A stretch of 11,534 nt of DNA from Candidatus Baldrarchaeum yapensis. Lineage in GTDB: Archaea > Asgardarchaeota > Baldrarchaeia > Baldrarchaeales > Baldrarchaeaceae. Under the pieces are notes generated by a model. It searched no databases and was not told the DNA's origin. It saw only the letters and a program-made list of their open reading frames with translations. This document shows positions 1-7,545 of the stretch, in pieces. The stretch lies in contig JAEOSH010000062.1 of assembly GCA_016840465.1 (NCBI GenBank), positions 1-11,534 on the forward strand. The letters are read 5' to 3'. Position 1 is the stretch's first letter. Each line of letters starts with the position of its first letter. A program made the translations under genes and the position numbers.

Positions 1-192
1 GTTACTTAGGGTTACCCCTATTGCGCCATATTGTGGTCTCTCGTCGATACGCGTTTTGCCGGATGGCGAGGGTAGCTGGGATGAATGATGGAGGGGAGTA
101 TTGATTTCTCAAAAAGTTTCGGGAGTACCTGAAACAACTCGATCGGTATCTATAAATTTTAGTTTATATGGAGGATGAGGTGGGGAAATTGT

Positions 193-1035
193 ATGATTAG
201 GAGAGAAAGGGTTTTGAGAGTTGCGGCAAAGGTCATTGAAGAGTTGGGGAGGAGGATATGCGAGTCGTACGAGAAGTATGAGGAGGAGAGTGATGTACTT
301 TACAACTTCATATTGATACTTACTCCAGTGGAGTATGAAATAAGCCTGCTAAGGAATATTCTTGCGCGGATAGAGGTCATATGGGAGCGATTTGAGAAGA
401 AGGCGAGGGAGGATGAGGATTTTAGAAAATGGACGGAGGGTAGGGGGCCCTTTAAGGACAGGTACAAGGATATTGTAAGAGAGATTCTCATGGGTGAGGG
501 GTTCACGCCTTCGGAGATGCCTCTCGAGCTGATAATACTCACGATAACCCTTGGGGGCATGGCTCAAAGCATTTTTGGAATGTTGAAGTTATGGAAGGAG
601 GTAAAGGACGAGGGTTATGACTTCAGGGATCTGTACAAGTATTTTAAGGACAAGTATGGGCCGAATGCTCTTAGGAGGATGATTTCGAGACTTAAGGAGA
701 TACCCAAAATTGGCGAGGTGAGGGCGTTAACTTTCCTGCGGGAGTACGCAATAAGGTCGGGGTCCGATCTGCCGTTACGGGAATTACCGATCCCTGACAG
801 TAGGATCATAGGGAGGGTGATGAGGCGCATGGGTTTCGTGGAGAGTGAGAGAACAAGCGAGATTAGGGAGGCGGGGCGTAGATATTTCAAGGTACCGATA
901 ATAGCGGCTGCGGGACTGGAATATATAGGGTATTATTACTGCTACGAAACTGGTCCTTTATGTGATGAATGCCCACTCGAAGCGCTCTGTGAGTGGAACA
1001 TAGAATGGTACTGGTTCGAGTACTGGTATATCTAA
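193..1035 (+). CDS. HhH-GPD superfamily (endonuclease III-like) DNA glycosylase-like protein with C-terminal [4Fe-4S] motif
   Basis: Helix-hairpin-helix LKEIPKIGEVRALTFL (691-738 region), Asp-containing PDSRIIGRVMRRMG, and exact EndoIII cluster motif C-X6-C-X2-C-X5-C (CYETGPLCDECPLEALC, 940-990). ORF track starts at 175; ATG 193 is preferred because GAGGTGGGG (177-185) lies just upstream. Confidence 0.75.
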   Translation: MIRRERVLRVAAKVIEELGRRICESYEKYEEESDVLYNFILILTPVEYEISLLRNILARIEVIWERFEKKAREDEDFRKWTEGRGPFKDRYKDIVREILMGEGFTPSEMPLELIILTITLGGMAQSIFGMLKLWKEVKDEGYDFRDLYKYFKDKYGPNALRRMISRLKEIPKIGEVRALTFLREYAIRSGSDLPLRELPIPDSRIIGRVMRRMGFVESERTSEIREAGRRYFKVPIIAAAGLEYIGYYYCYETGPLCDECPLEALCEWNIEWYWFEYWYI

Positions 1036-1137
1036 GCTGTAAAAGTGGCGCGCTGTTTCCTACAAGAACTACATTAATTGTGTAGTAATATTCTGAGACG
1101 CAAATAAAGTGGGTAAAATTATTTTTCGTCCGTAAGG

Positions 1138-1156
1138 GAGGCCGTTTCATATTTTT
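1138..1156 (+). repeat. Left copy of a degenerate direct repeat (GAGGCCGTTTCATATTTTT)
   Basis: 17/19 identical to 10939-10957. Confidence 0.55.
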
Positions 1157-1255
1157 ACAAAGGTGAGGGTGCTGGTTTCGTGATCGAATGCCGACGTGCA
1201 TATGATCTGTTTTAATTTGGATGTAGACATTCGGTCAGGATCCCCTTGGTTTAGA

Positions 1256-1699
1256 TCAAATGATGAAGAATTCGGGGCATATTTTCATGTTTCGAACCCA
1301 GAAAGCCACCTGTATGTCTTTTACGTGTGGGATAGTCGCAACTTTAACAATTAAGTCGTGTAGATGTTCAAAATCTCGAACCACTCCGATTGCCATCAGA
1401 TCGCAGTCGCCCACAACTTTTGTTGCTAAAATGATATCCTTTATTTCAATTAGTTTATTTAGAACCTGTGTGGAGTGTTCGGGCTCTGCATCAATCATGA
1501 GGGCTACCATGCTCCTGTAACCTATTTTCTCCGGGTTAATTACAACAGTTGAACCTTGTATTATGCCCTTTTTCTGCAGCATTCTAAACCTATTTACTAT
1601 GGTATCTGGTGAGACTCCTAGCTTTCTGGCAATTTCTCTGAACGAAGTGCGTGCATCTTTTTTGAGATACTCGATTATCGCTAAATCGATTTCATCCAT
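1256..1699 (-). CDS. Lrp/AsnC family transcriptional regulator
   Basis: MDEIDLAIIEYLKKDARTSFREIARKLGVSPDTIVNRFRMLQKKGIIQG HTH, INPEKIGY linker, RAM domain with GDCDL. Perfect SD GAGGTGA (plus-strand 1706-1712) 6 nt before the ATG. Confidence 0.95.
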   Translation of the reverse strand: MDEIDLAIIEYLKKDARTSFREIARKLGVSPDTIVNRFRMLQKKGIIQGSTVVINPEKIGYRSMVALMIDAEPEHSTQVLNKLIEIKDIILATKVVGDCDLMAIGVVRDFEHLHDLIVKVATIPHVKDIQVAFWVRNMKICPEFFII

Positions 1700-1712
1700 G
1701 TAAAATCACCTC

Positions 1713-2177
1713 TTAAAAATTAAATTCAAAGTTTTCTGGGCAAAGTAGAACTTGTCCGACCCAGATGTTCGTGCTTACGTTCTTCACGTGCGGATGGCTC
1801 TTAATAAGGTCTCTAACTTCGCTTAAACGGGTAATGTCCTTAAAAATTGCTACACTAAACAAGTTACACTTACCGATCGAGGGGACACAGATAAGTACCT
1901 CAGGTATTCTCCGAATGAAATTAATTACATCGTTTATATGAGGGTAATTAACATTGATGCAAAAACTGGCTATATATTCATATCCGAGTTTTTTGGGATT
2001 GAGTAGGATTGTAGTCCCAGAAATAATTCCCATTTTCTTCATTTTGTTAAAACGTCTAATTATCGTATCGGTGGAGACGTTACATTTTTTTGCGATATCT
2101 GTAAACGGGGTTCTACCATCTCGTTGAAGAATTCTCAATATCTTGATATCGATTTCATCAAGTTTCACTCTTGCCAG
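1713..2177 (-). CDS. Lrp/AsnC family transcriptional regulator (tandem paralog)
   Basis: LDEIDIKILRILQRDGRTPFTDIAKKCNVSTDTIIRRFNKMKKMGIISG HTH, LNPKKLGY linker, RAM domain. ORF track extends to 2231, but SD GAGGTGG (2184-2190) points to CTG 2177 (or GTG 2168) as the start. Confidence 0.92.
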   Translation of the reverse strand: MARVKLDEIDIKILRILQRDGRTPFTDIAKKCNVSTDTIIRRFNKMKKMGIISGTTILLNPKKLGYEYIASFCINVNYPHINDVINFIRRIPEVLICVPSIGKCNLFSVAIFKDITRLSEVRDLIKSHPHVKNVSTNIWVGQVLLCPENFEFNF

Positions 2178-2219
2178 GAGTTCCCACCTCTTCCAACCGA
2201 TCTTGCATCCGACATTATA

Positions 2220-2227
2220 GTATATAA
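2220..2227 (-). promoter_or_regulatory. Putative TATA box of the lrp-lrp transcript
   Basis: TTATATAC on the minus strand, about 30 nt upstream of the SD at 2184-2190. Confidence 0.45.
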
Positions 2228-2347
2228 CCAACTTAAAAACTTATAGTGTCCGATATAGTCGAGCATTTTTCGGTCATTTACTTTCGCTTTTCGAAAATTC
2301 TTACGACGAAAATGTCAGGTGAAATGTTTCGATTATCGGACGGAATC

Positions 2348-2355
2348 TTTATTAA
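2348..2355 (+). promoter_or_regulatory. Putative TATA box of the hdr-glt operon
   Basis: TTTATTAA preceded by purine-rich CGGAAT (BRE-like), about 25 nt upstream of SD GGTGA (2381-2385) and ATG 2389. Confidence 0.5.
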
Positions 2356-2388
2356 TAGCTGAAATATTCCAAAAGTATTGGGTGAAAT

Positions 2389-2667
2389 ATGTTGAATATC
2401 GGACATATACTTGAGAGGGAGCTAAAGAAGAAGCGGTATTGTTGTGCCTGTTGTGGCTATACGTGGATAGAATTTGTTGGCCTCATCATCGAAAAGAGAG
2501 AAGGGTCAGATGATTTGCACTTTCGGATTGGATACGGTACGCCTCCTGAATGTCCGGTATGTGGATGCGATCTCGTGTATGAAATAGCGCTTTCTGAAGA
2601 AAACCAACAAGTAGAAGCCAGTTTTGAAGGCATTAAAATAATCCTAAGAGAAAGAACAGAAATCTAG
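2389..2667 (+). CDS. Small Cys-rich zinc-ribbon/rubredoxin-like protein, first gene of the operon
   Basis: YCCACCGYTW and PECPVCGCD knuckles, 7 Cys in 92 aa. SD GGTGA upstream; 31-nt gap to hdrA. Confidence 0.7.
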   Translation: MLNIGHILERELKKKRYCCACCGYTWIEFVGLIIEKREGSDDLHFRIGYGTPPECPVCGCDLVYEIALSEENQQVEASFEGIKIILRERTEI

Positions 2668-2698
2668 AATTTTAAAAAGTGCAATAGAGGTCGCTGAA

Positions 2699-5600
2699 AT
2701 GGAAAAAACAACAGGCGATGTTCTTGTAGTAGGTGGTGGAGTAGCCGGCATTACAGCATCCTTAGAACTTGCCGAAAAGGGATTTAAAGTCTACTTGGTA
2801 GAGAAAAAGCCCTCAATTGGGGGGCACATGGCTCAACTAGACAAAACTTTTCCGACGCTTGATTGTTCAATCTGCATTCTTGGGCCAAAAATGGTTGAAG
2901 TTTCCAGGCATCCCAACATAGAACTTCTTACATGTTCTGAAGTCGTAGAAGTGAAGCCCATAAAAAACGGTTCTGCATTTAGGGTCAAAATACTTAAAAA
3001 ACCACGATATGTGGATGAAGAAAAATGTACTGGTTGTCGAAGATGTGAGGAGAAATGCCCGGTTAAAGTTCCCAGTGAATTTGAAGCGGGGATGGGGTTA
3101 AGAAAAGCAATTTATATTCCCTTCCCTCAAGCCGTACCAAATGTTGCAATCATCGACGAGAAAAACTGCCGTTATCTTAATAAAGGCGTTTGCAGACTCT
3201 GCGAGAAGGTTTGCCCCACGGGTGCAATTGATTTTAACCAGAAGCCTCAAGAAATCGTGGTAGAAGTAGCTTCAATAATTGTTGCGACCGGGTTTTCCCT
3301 CCTGGATCCATCTGTTCTGCCACAGTACGGATATGGTAGATTCCCGGATGTTATAACATCGTTACAATACGAACGCCTCATGAACGCTGCTGGACCTACG
3401 GGTGGAGAGATCGTCAGACCTTCAGATAAAACACATCCAAGAAGGGTTGCAATTATTCAGTGCGTTGGATCAAGAAACAAGAAAATAAGAGACTATTGTT
3501 CGCAGATTTGTTGCATGTATGCGGCAAAGCAGGCTATAGTTACGAAAGAACACGATCCAAATATAGACGTAATAGTTTTCTACAATGACTTAAATGCATC
3601 CGGCAAAGGTCACGAAGACTTACTGCAGAGGGCTATTGAAGAATTTGGAATTAAGTACATAAAGGGGCTACCAAGCGAAGTTCTATGGGATGAGAAAAGT
3701 AAAAAATTACTAATAAGGTATTTCGATTTCCTCAGCGGAGAAATTAAGTCTGTAGATGTGGATTTAGTAGTACTTTGCCCTGCAGTAGTTCCAAGCGACG
3801 ATACTTCCAAGTTAGCTGAAATTCTCGGGATAGAACTAAACGAATTTGGTTTCTTCAAGTCTACTGGTTACATGTCGGTCAATACTAATGTTCCTGGCAT
3901 ATATGTGTGTGGTGCATGTCAAAATCCCAAAGATATTTCTCATAGTGTAATGCAGGCATTAGCTGCTGCGGCCCAAGCGGCGAGCAGGGTAAAACGTGTA
4001 AACAGACAAGAAAGTACTTTAAATGTTGGGAAACTAGGAGGAGAGAGGAAAACATCGAACGAGGAGCCAAGAATAGGAGTTTTTGTATGCCATTGTGGTC
4101 TGAATATAGCTGCTGTTGTAGACGTAAAAGCGGTCGTTGAAGAAGCAAAGAAACTTAGCAACGTTGTTCATGCCGAAGATATAATGTTTACATGTTCTAA
4201 GGATGGGACAGAGCGAATTAAAGAAGCTATCAAAAAATACAATCTTAACAGAGTCATCGTGGCTTCATGTACTCCAAGAACCCATGAACCATTGTTCCGA
4301 ACCGTATGTGAAGAAGCGGGACTAAATCCGTACTTATTTGAAATGGTTAACATCAGAGAACAGGTTGCGTGGGTCCATAAGAGTTCCCCTGAGAAGGCGA
4401 CTGAGAAAGCCAAGGAACTCATTAGAATGGCTGTGGCGAAAGCAAGGCTCTTAGAGCCGTTGGAGCGAATGGAGATAGAAGTTACCCCTGCTGCTCTTGT
4501 TATTGGAGCAACTATCAGCGGTCTTATAGCCGCAAAAACCATTGCTGATAGCGGATTTAAAACGTATCTTGTTGATAGCGGAGAGAAAATGGGATACGAT
4601 CTGCATCTCTACGGGTACGATGAAGACGCTAAATGGGTCTCCGATTTAATCAATTCCGTAAAAGAGCATGAAAACATAGAATTTCTCCCCTCCACCAAAA
4701 TAGAAGAAGTTAAAGGCTCAATAGGGAATTTTGATGTTAAATTAAACCAGAATGGAGTTAGTAAAGAGATTAAAGTTGGAACAATCATTGTAGCAGTTGG
4801 CGCCGAGGAGTTTAAACCGGTGGGCTTATACGGCTACGGAAAATTCGGCAATGTCTATACTTTAACCGAATTCCAACGTATGAGTGAGAACGTGAAAGAT
4901 GAAGAAACCATAGTGTTCATTTTGTGTGCTGGTACTGGGAAGAATTTTGATCGAACATACTGCTCGGTTGTTTGCTGCGAAAGGTCCCTAAGAGAAGCGA
5001 TTAAAATCAAGAGCAAACACCCGAGGTCGAATGTGTACATATTATACAAGAACATAAGACTACCGGTCACCGGCGAAAAACTTTATCGCCAAGCTCGTGA
5101 GGCCGGAGTAATTTTCATGAGATATGATTCGGATAGATTGCCTGAAGTTCGTCAAGAAGACGGGAAACTTATTGTGGACGTTTACGATATCGCGTCTAAC
5201 ATGAACTTCGAAATAATCGCCGATAAAGTTGTTTTAGCCACACCCATCGTGCCTCTTGAGGAATACCGTGAACTTGCATCTAAACTCAAGGTTCCCCTTG
5301 ATAGTCACGGATTCTTCTTGGAAGCTCATCCAAAACTTAGACCCGTAGATTTCGCTACTGATGGAATTTTCCTCTGCGGATTAGCTTACAGTCCGCAAAG
5401 ATTAGATGAAAGCATCTCACAAGCATTAGCCGCAGCATCACGAGCTCTTACCACATTAATGAAAGGAAAAGTAATTACTGAGGCTATTACAGCTTATGTG
5501 AATCCAGAGCTTTGCACGGGTTGTGGACGATGCGTAAGGGTTTGCGAATTTGGTGCGATAAAACTTGAAGTCACTCCAGATAAACATCTAGTAGCCAGAG

Positions 5601-6151
5601 TTGATCCACTGCTGTGCAAAGGTTGTGGATCATGTTCGGTTGAATGTCCCGCGAGAGCTATAACGATGCATCACTTCAGAAGTGATCAAATTCTGAACAT
5701 GATTAAGACATTATTCGAAAAACCAACATCAGAAGAAGAATTGAAAATCGTAGCTTTCCTCTGCAACTGGTGTGGTTACGCTGCGGCAGATATGGCAGGT
5801 GTAAGCAGATACGAATACCCGCCAGCCGTTAGAATCATCCGTGTTATGTGTAGTGCCAGAGTAGATCCACTCCATGTACTGTACGCTCTTCTACTGGGAG
5901 CTGATGGTGTACTGATTATTGGTTGTCATCCGGGTGATTGTCATTACATTTCGGGCAACCTAAGGGCCGAGGAACGCATATCGAGGGTAAAAGAATGGCT
6001 AAAAGAGATCGGTTTAGAGCCGGAAAGAGTTAGAATCGAGTGGGCATCGGCTGGGGAGGGATTGAGATTGGCCAAAATTATCGAGGAATTCACGCATCAA
6101 ATAGAAGAACTTGGAGTAAATCCTTTAAGAAGGAGGTTAGTTAATGAGTAG
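2699..6151 (+). CDS. hdrA: Heterodisulfide reductase subunit A-like flavoprotein, tandem double module, fused to C-terminal MvhD domain
   Basis: VLVVGGGVAG FAD motif, IGGHMAQLDKTFPTLDCSICIL, inserted 2x[4Fe-4S] domain, CVGSR...YCSQICCMYAAKQA. Second module starts IGVFVCHCG...FTCS...ASCTPRTHE and contains FFLEAHPKLRPVD. C-terminal 2x[4Fe-4S], then MvhD (FLCNWCGY, RVMCSARVD, GCHPGDCHY; 5741-6151). SD GAGGT 2687-2691. Confidence 0.95.
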   Translation: MEKTTGDVLVVGGGVAGITASLELAEKGFKVYLVEKKPSIGGHMAQLDKTFPTLDCSICILGPKMVEVSRHPNIELLTCSEVVEVKPIKNGSAFRVKILKKPRYVDEEKCTGCRRCEEKCPVKVPSEFEAGMGLRKAIYIPFPQAVPNVAIIDEKNCRYLNKGVCRLCEKVCPTGAIDFNQKPQEIVVEVASIIVATGFSLLDPSVLPQYGYGRFPDVITSLQYERLMNAAGPTGGEIVRPSDKTHPRRVAIIQCVGSRNKKIRDYCSQICCMYAAKQAIVTKEHDPNIDVIVFYNDLNASGKGHEDLLQRAIEEFGIKYIKGLPSEVLWDEKSKKLLIRYFDFLSGEIKSVDVDLVVLCPAVVPSDDTSKLAEILGIELNEFGFFKSTGYMSVNTNVPGIYVCGACQNPKDISHSVMQALAAAAQAASRVKRVNRQESTLNVGKLGGERKTSNEEPRIGVFVCHCGLNIAAVVDVKAVVEEAKKLSNVVHAEDIMFTCSKDGTERIKEAIKKYNLNRVIVASCTPRTHEPLFRTVCEEAGLNPYLFEMVNIREQVAWVHKSSPEKATEKAKELIRMAVAKARLLEPLERMEIEVTPAALVIGATISGLIAAKTIADSGFKTYLVDSGEKMGYDLHLYGYDEDAKWVSDLINSVKEHENIEFLPSTKIEEVKGSIGNFDVKLNQNGVSKEIKVGTIIVAVGAEEFKPVGLYGYGKFGNVYTLTEFQRMSENVKDEETIVFILCAGTGKNFDRTYCSVVCCERSLREAIKIKSKHPRSNVYILYKNIRLPVTGEKLYRQAREAGVIFMRYDSDRLPEVRQEDGKLIVDVYDIASNMNFEIIADKVVLATPIVPLEEYRELASKLKVPLDSHGFFLEAHPKLRPVDFATDGIFLCGLAYSPQRLDESISQALAAASRALTTLMKGKVITEAITAYVNPELCTGCGRCVRVCEFGAIKLEVTPDKHLVARVDPLLCKGCGSCSVECPARAITMHHFRSDQILNMIKTLFEKPTSEEELKIVAFLCNWCGYAAADMAGVSRYEYPPAVRIIRVMCSARVDPLHVLYALLLGADGVLIIGCHPGDCHYISGNLRAEERISRVKEWLKEIGLEPERVRIEWASAGEGLRLAKIIEEFTHQIEELGVNPLRRRLVNE

Positions 6152-6653
6152 AGCGGCAACTTCTCTTAAATTAGTTGAGGCAGACACCAACTTAAAATTC
6201 GAGATCGCAAAAACGGAACTAGGGGGTAAAGCCTTCTGGTGCGTACAATGCGGTATATGTACCTCCGGATGTCCTGTTGCCGAATTTTTGAAACCCCACC
6301 GAATAGTCAGGATGGTAGTATTGGGGCTTAAAGACCAACTGATTAACTCTAGGGAAATCTGGTTCTGTACTACATGTTTCACCTGTTCGGAGAGATGCCC
6401 GCAAGAAGTTGATCCGGCAAATATCATATTTTCGTTGAAAAACATGGCAGCAAAACAGGGTAAAATTCCCAAAGGACTGAGAGATATAGGTAAGAGTCTG
6501 ATAGAAACTGGGAGGGCTATTAAGATAAGTACTGCTCGAGAAAAGGAAAGGATGAAACTAGGGCTTCCAAGGATTCCGCAAGTGGACGTTGAAAAGAATA
6601 GGAAAATACTGGAAGAGACTAATTTTGTGAAAACTTTGGAGGAGGCGAAGTGA
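6144..6653 (+). CDS. hdrC: Heterodisulfide reductase subunit C
   Basis: CVQCGICTSGCP and IWFCTTCFTCSERCPQEVDP, two [4Fe-4S] motifs. SD AGGAGGT 6131-6137; 8-nt overlap with hdrA; lies between hdrA and hdrB. Confidence 0.93.
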   Translation: MSRAATSLKLVEADTNLKFEIAKTELGGKAFWCVQCGICTSGCPVAEFLKPHRIVRMVVLGLKDQLINSREIWFCTTCFTCSERCPQEVDPANIIFSLKNMAAKQGKIPKGLRDIGKSLIETGRAIKISTAREKERMKLGLPRIPQVDVEKNRKILEETNFVKTLEEAK

Positions 6654-7534
6654 TGAAATACGCATATTACTTGGGATGTTTGATACCAGCAAGACTGAAC
6701 CAGTATGATTTGTCCACGCGTGCTGTGGCCAAAAAATTTGGTATTGAACTTGTTGACCTAGAGGGTGCGGGTTGTTGCGGCACGGTACTTGTTCGTTCTG
6801 TAAACTTCAAGACCAATCTGGCGATGAGCGCTAGGATATTAGCGCTAGCTAAAAACATGGGATTCGATCTTCTTGTACTCTGTAATGGTTGTTATGAATC
6901 TCTCATGGAAGCTGAAGATTTCGTTAAAACAAACGAAGATTTTAGGGAACAACTTAATACTATCCTCAAATCCACAGATAACCTGGTTTATGAAGGCGGT
7001 GTGAAAGTTAAACACCTCATTCAAGTATTATACGAAGATATAGGAATCGAGAGACTTAAAGATGAAATCAAAAAACCGTTTGATGGATTGAGAGTGGCGG
7101 TTCATTACGGTTGCCATATCCTGCGTCCATCTCATAGAATGAAATTTGACAACGCTGAAAATCCAAGAATACTCGATGATCTTGTTGAAATTACTGGTGC
7201 GAAGAGCATTTACTGGCCTTTAAAACTCTGGTGTTGCGGATCGCCAATATTGGCGATAGATAGGAATTTGAGCTTATCCATAGCTGGAATGAAACTCAAA
7301 AGTGCTAAGGAGGCTGGAGCTGATTGTATTGTAACCATCTGCCCAGCATGCCAAATCCAATTTGACATTTTACAGCCGGAGATAAGCAGAGTTACTGGTG
7401 AACAATACAATATACCTGTACTTCTCTATCCTCAGCTGCTTGGCCTCGCTCTCGGTTTTACACCGGAAGAAGTAGGTTTGCATCTCAATAGGATAAGTGC
7501 AGAAAGCTTGTTAAAGCTTCAAAGTAAAGCCTAG
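6653..7534 (+). CDS. hdrB: Heterodisulfide reductase subunit B (two CCG domains)
   Basis: YAYYLGC, GCCG, CNGCY, HYGCHILRP, WCCG, CPACQIQFD: full ligand set for two non-cubane clusters. ATG 6653 overlaps the hdrC stop (TGATG); ORF track starts at GTG 6650. Confidence 0.95.
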   Translation: MKYAYYLGCLIPARLNQYDLSTRAVAKKFGIELVDLEGAGCCGTVLVRSVNFKTNLAMSARILALAKNMGFDLLVLCNGCYESLMEAEDFVKTNEDFREQLNTILKSTDNLVYEGGVKVKHLIQVLYEDIGIERLKDEIKKPFDGLRVAVHYGCHILRPSHRMKFDNAENPRILDDLVEITGAKSIYWPLKLWCCGSPILAIDRNLSLSIAGMKLKSAKEAGADCIVTICPACQIQFDILQPEISRVTGEQYNIPVLLYPQLLGLALGFTPEEVGLHLNRISAESLLKLQSKA

Positions 7535-7545
7535 AGGTGAAAAGT

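Noticed and set aside
1-174. Possible 3' end of an upstream gene (frame 2 open to TGA at 88, frame 3 to TGA at 104) and hairpin TAGGG-TTAC-CCCTA (7-20)
   Set aside because: Too little sequence to choose a frame or assign a function.
1068-1086. Inverted repeat ACTACA-N7-TGTAGT downstream of the glycosylase gene
   Set aside because: Only a 6-bp AT-rich stem with no adjacent T-run; compatible with chance.
300-1520. Track ORFs 300..560, 349..567, 615..890, 887..1201 (-) and 1260..1520 (+)
   Set aside because: Mostly antisense shadows of the glycosylase or lrp genes; Ser/Ile/Leu-rich, with no motifs.
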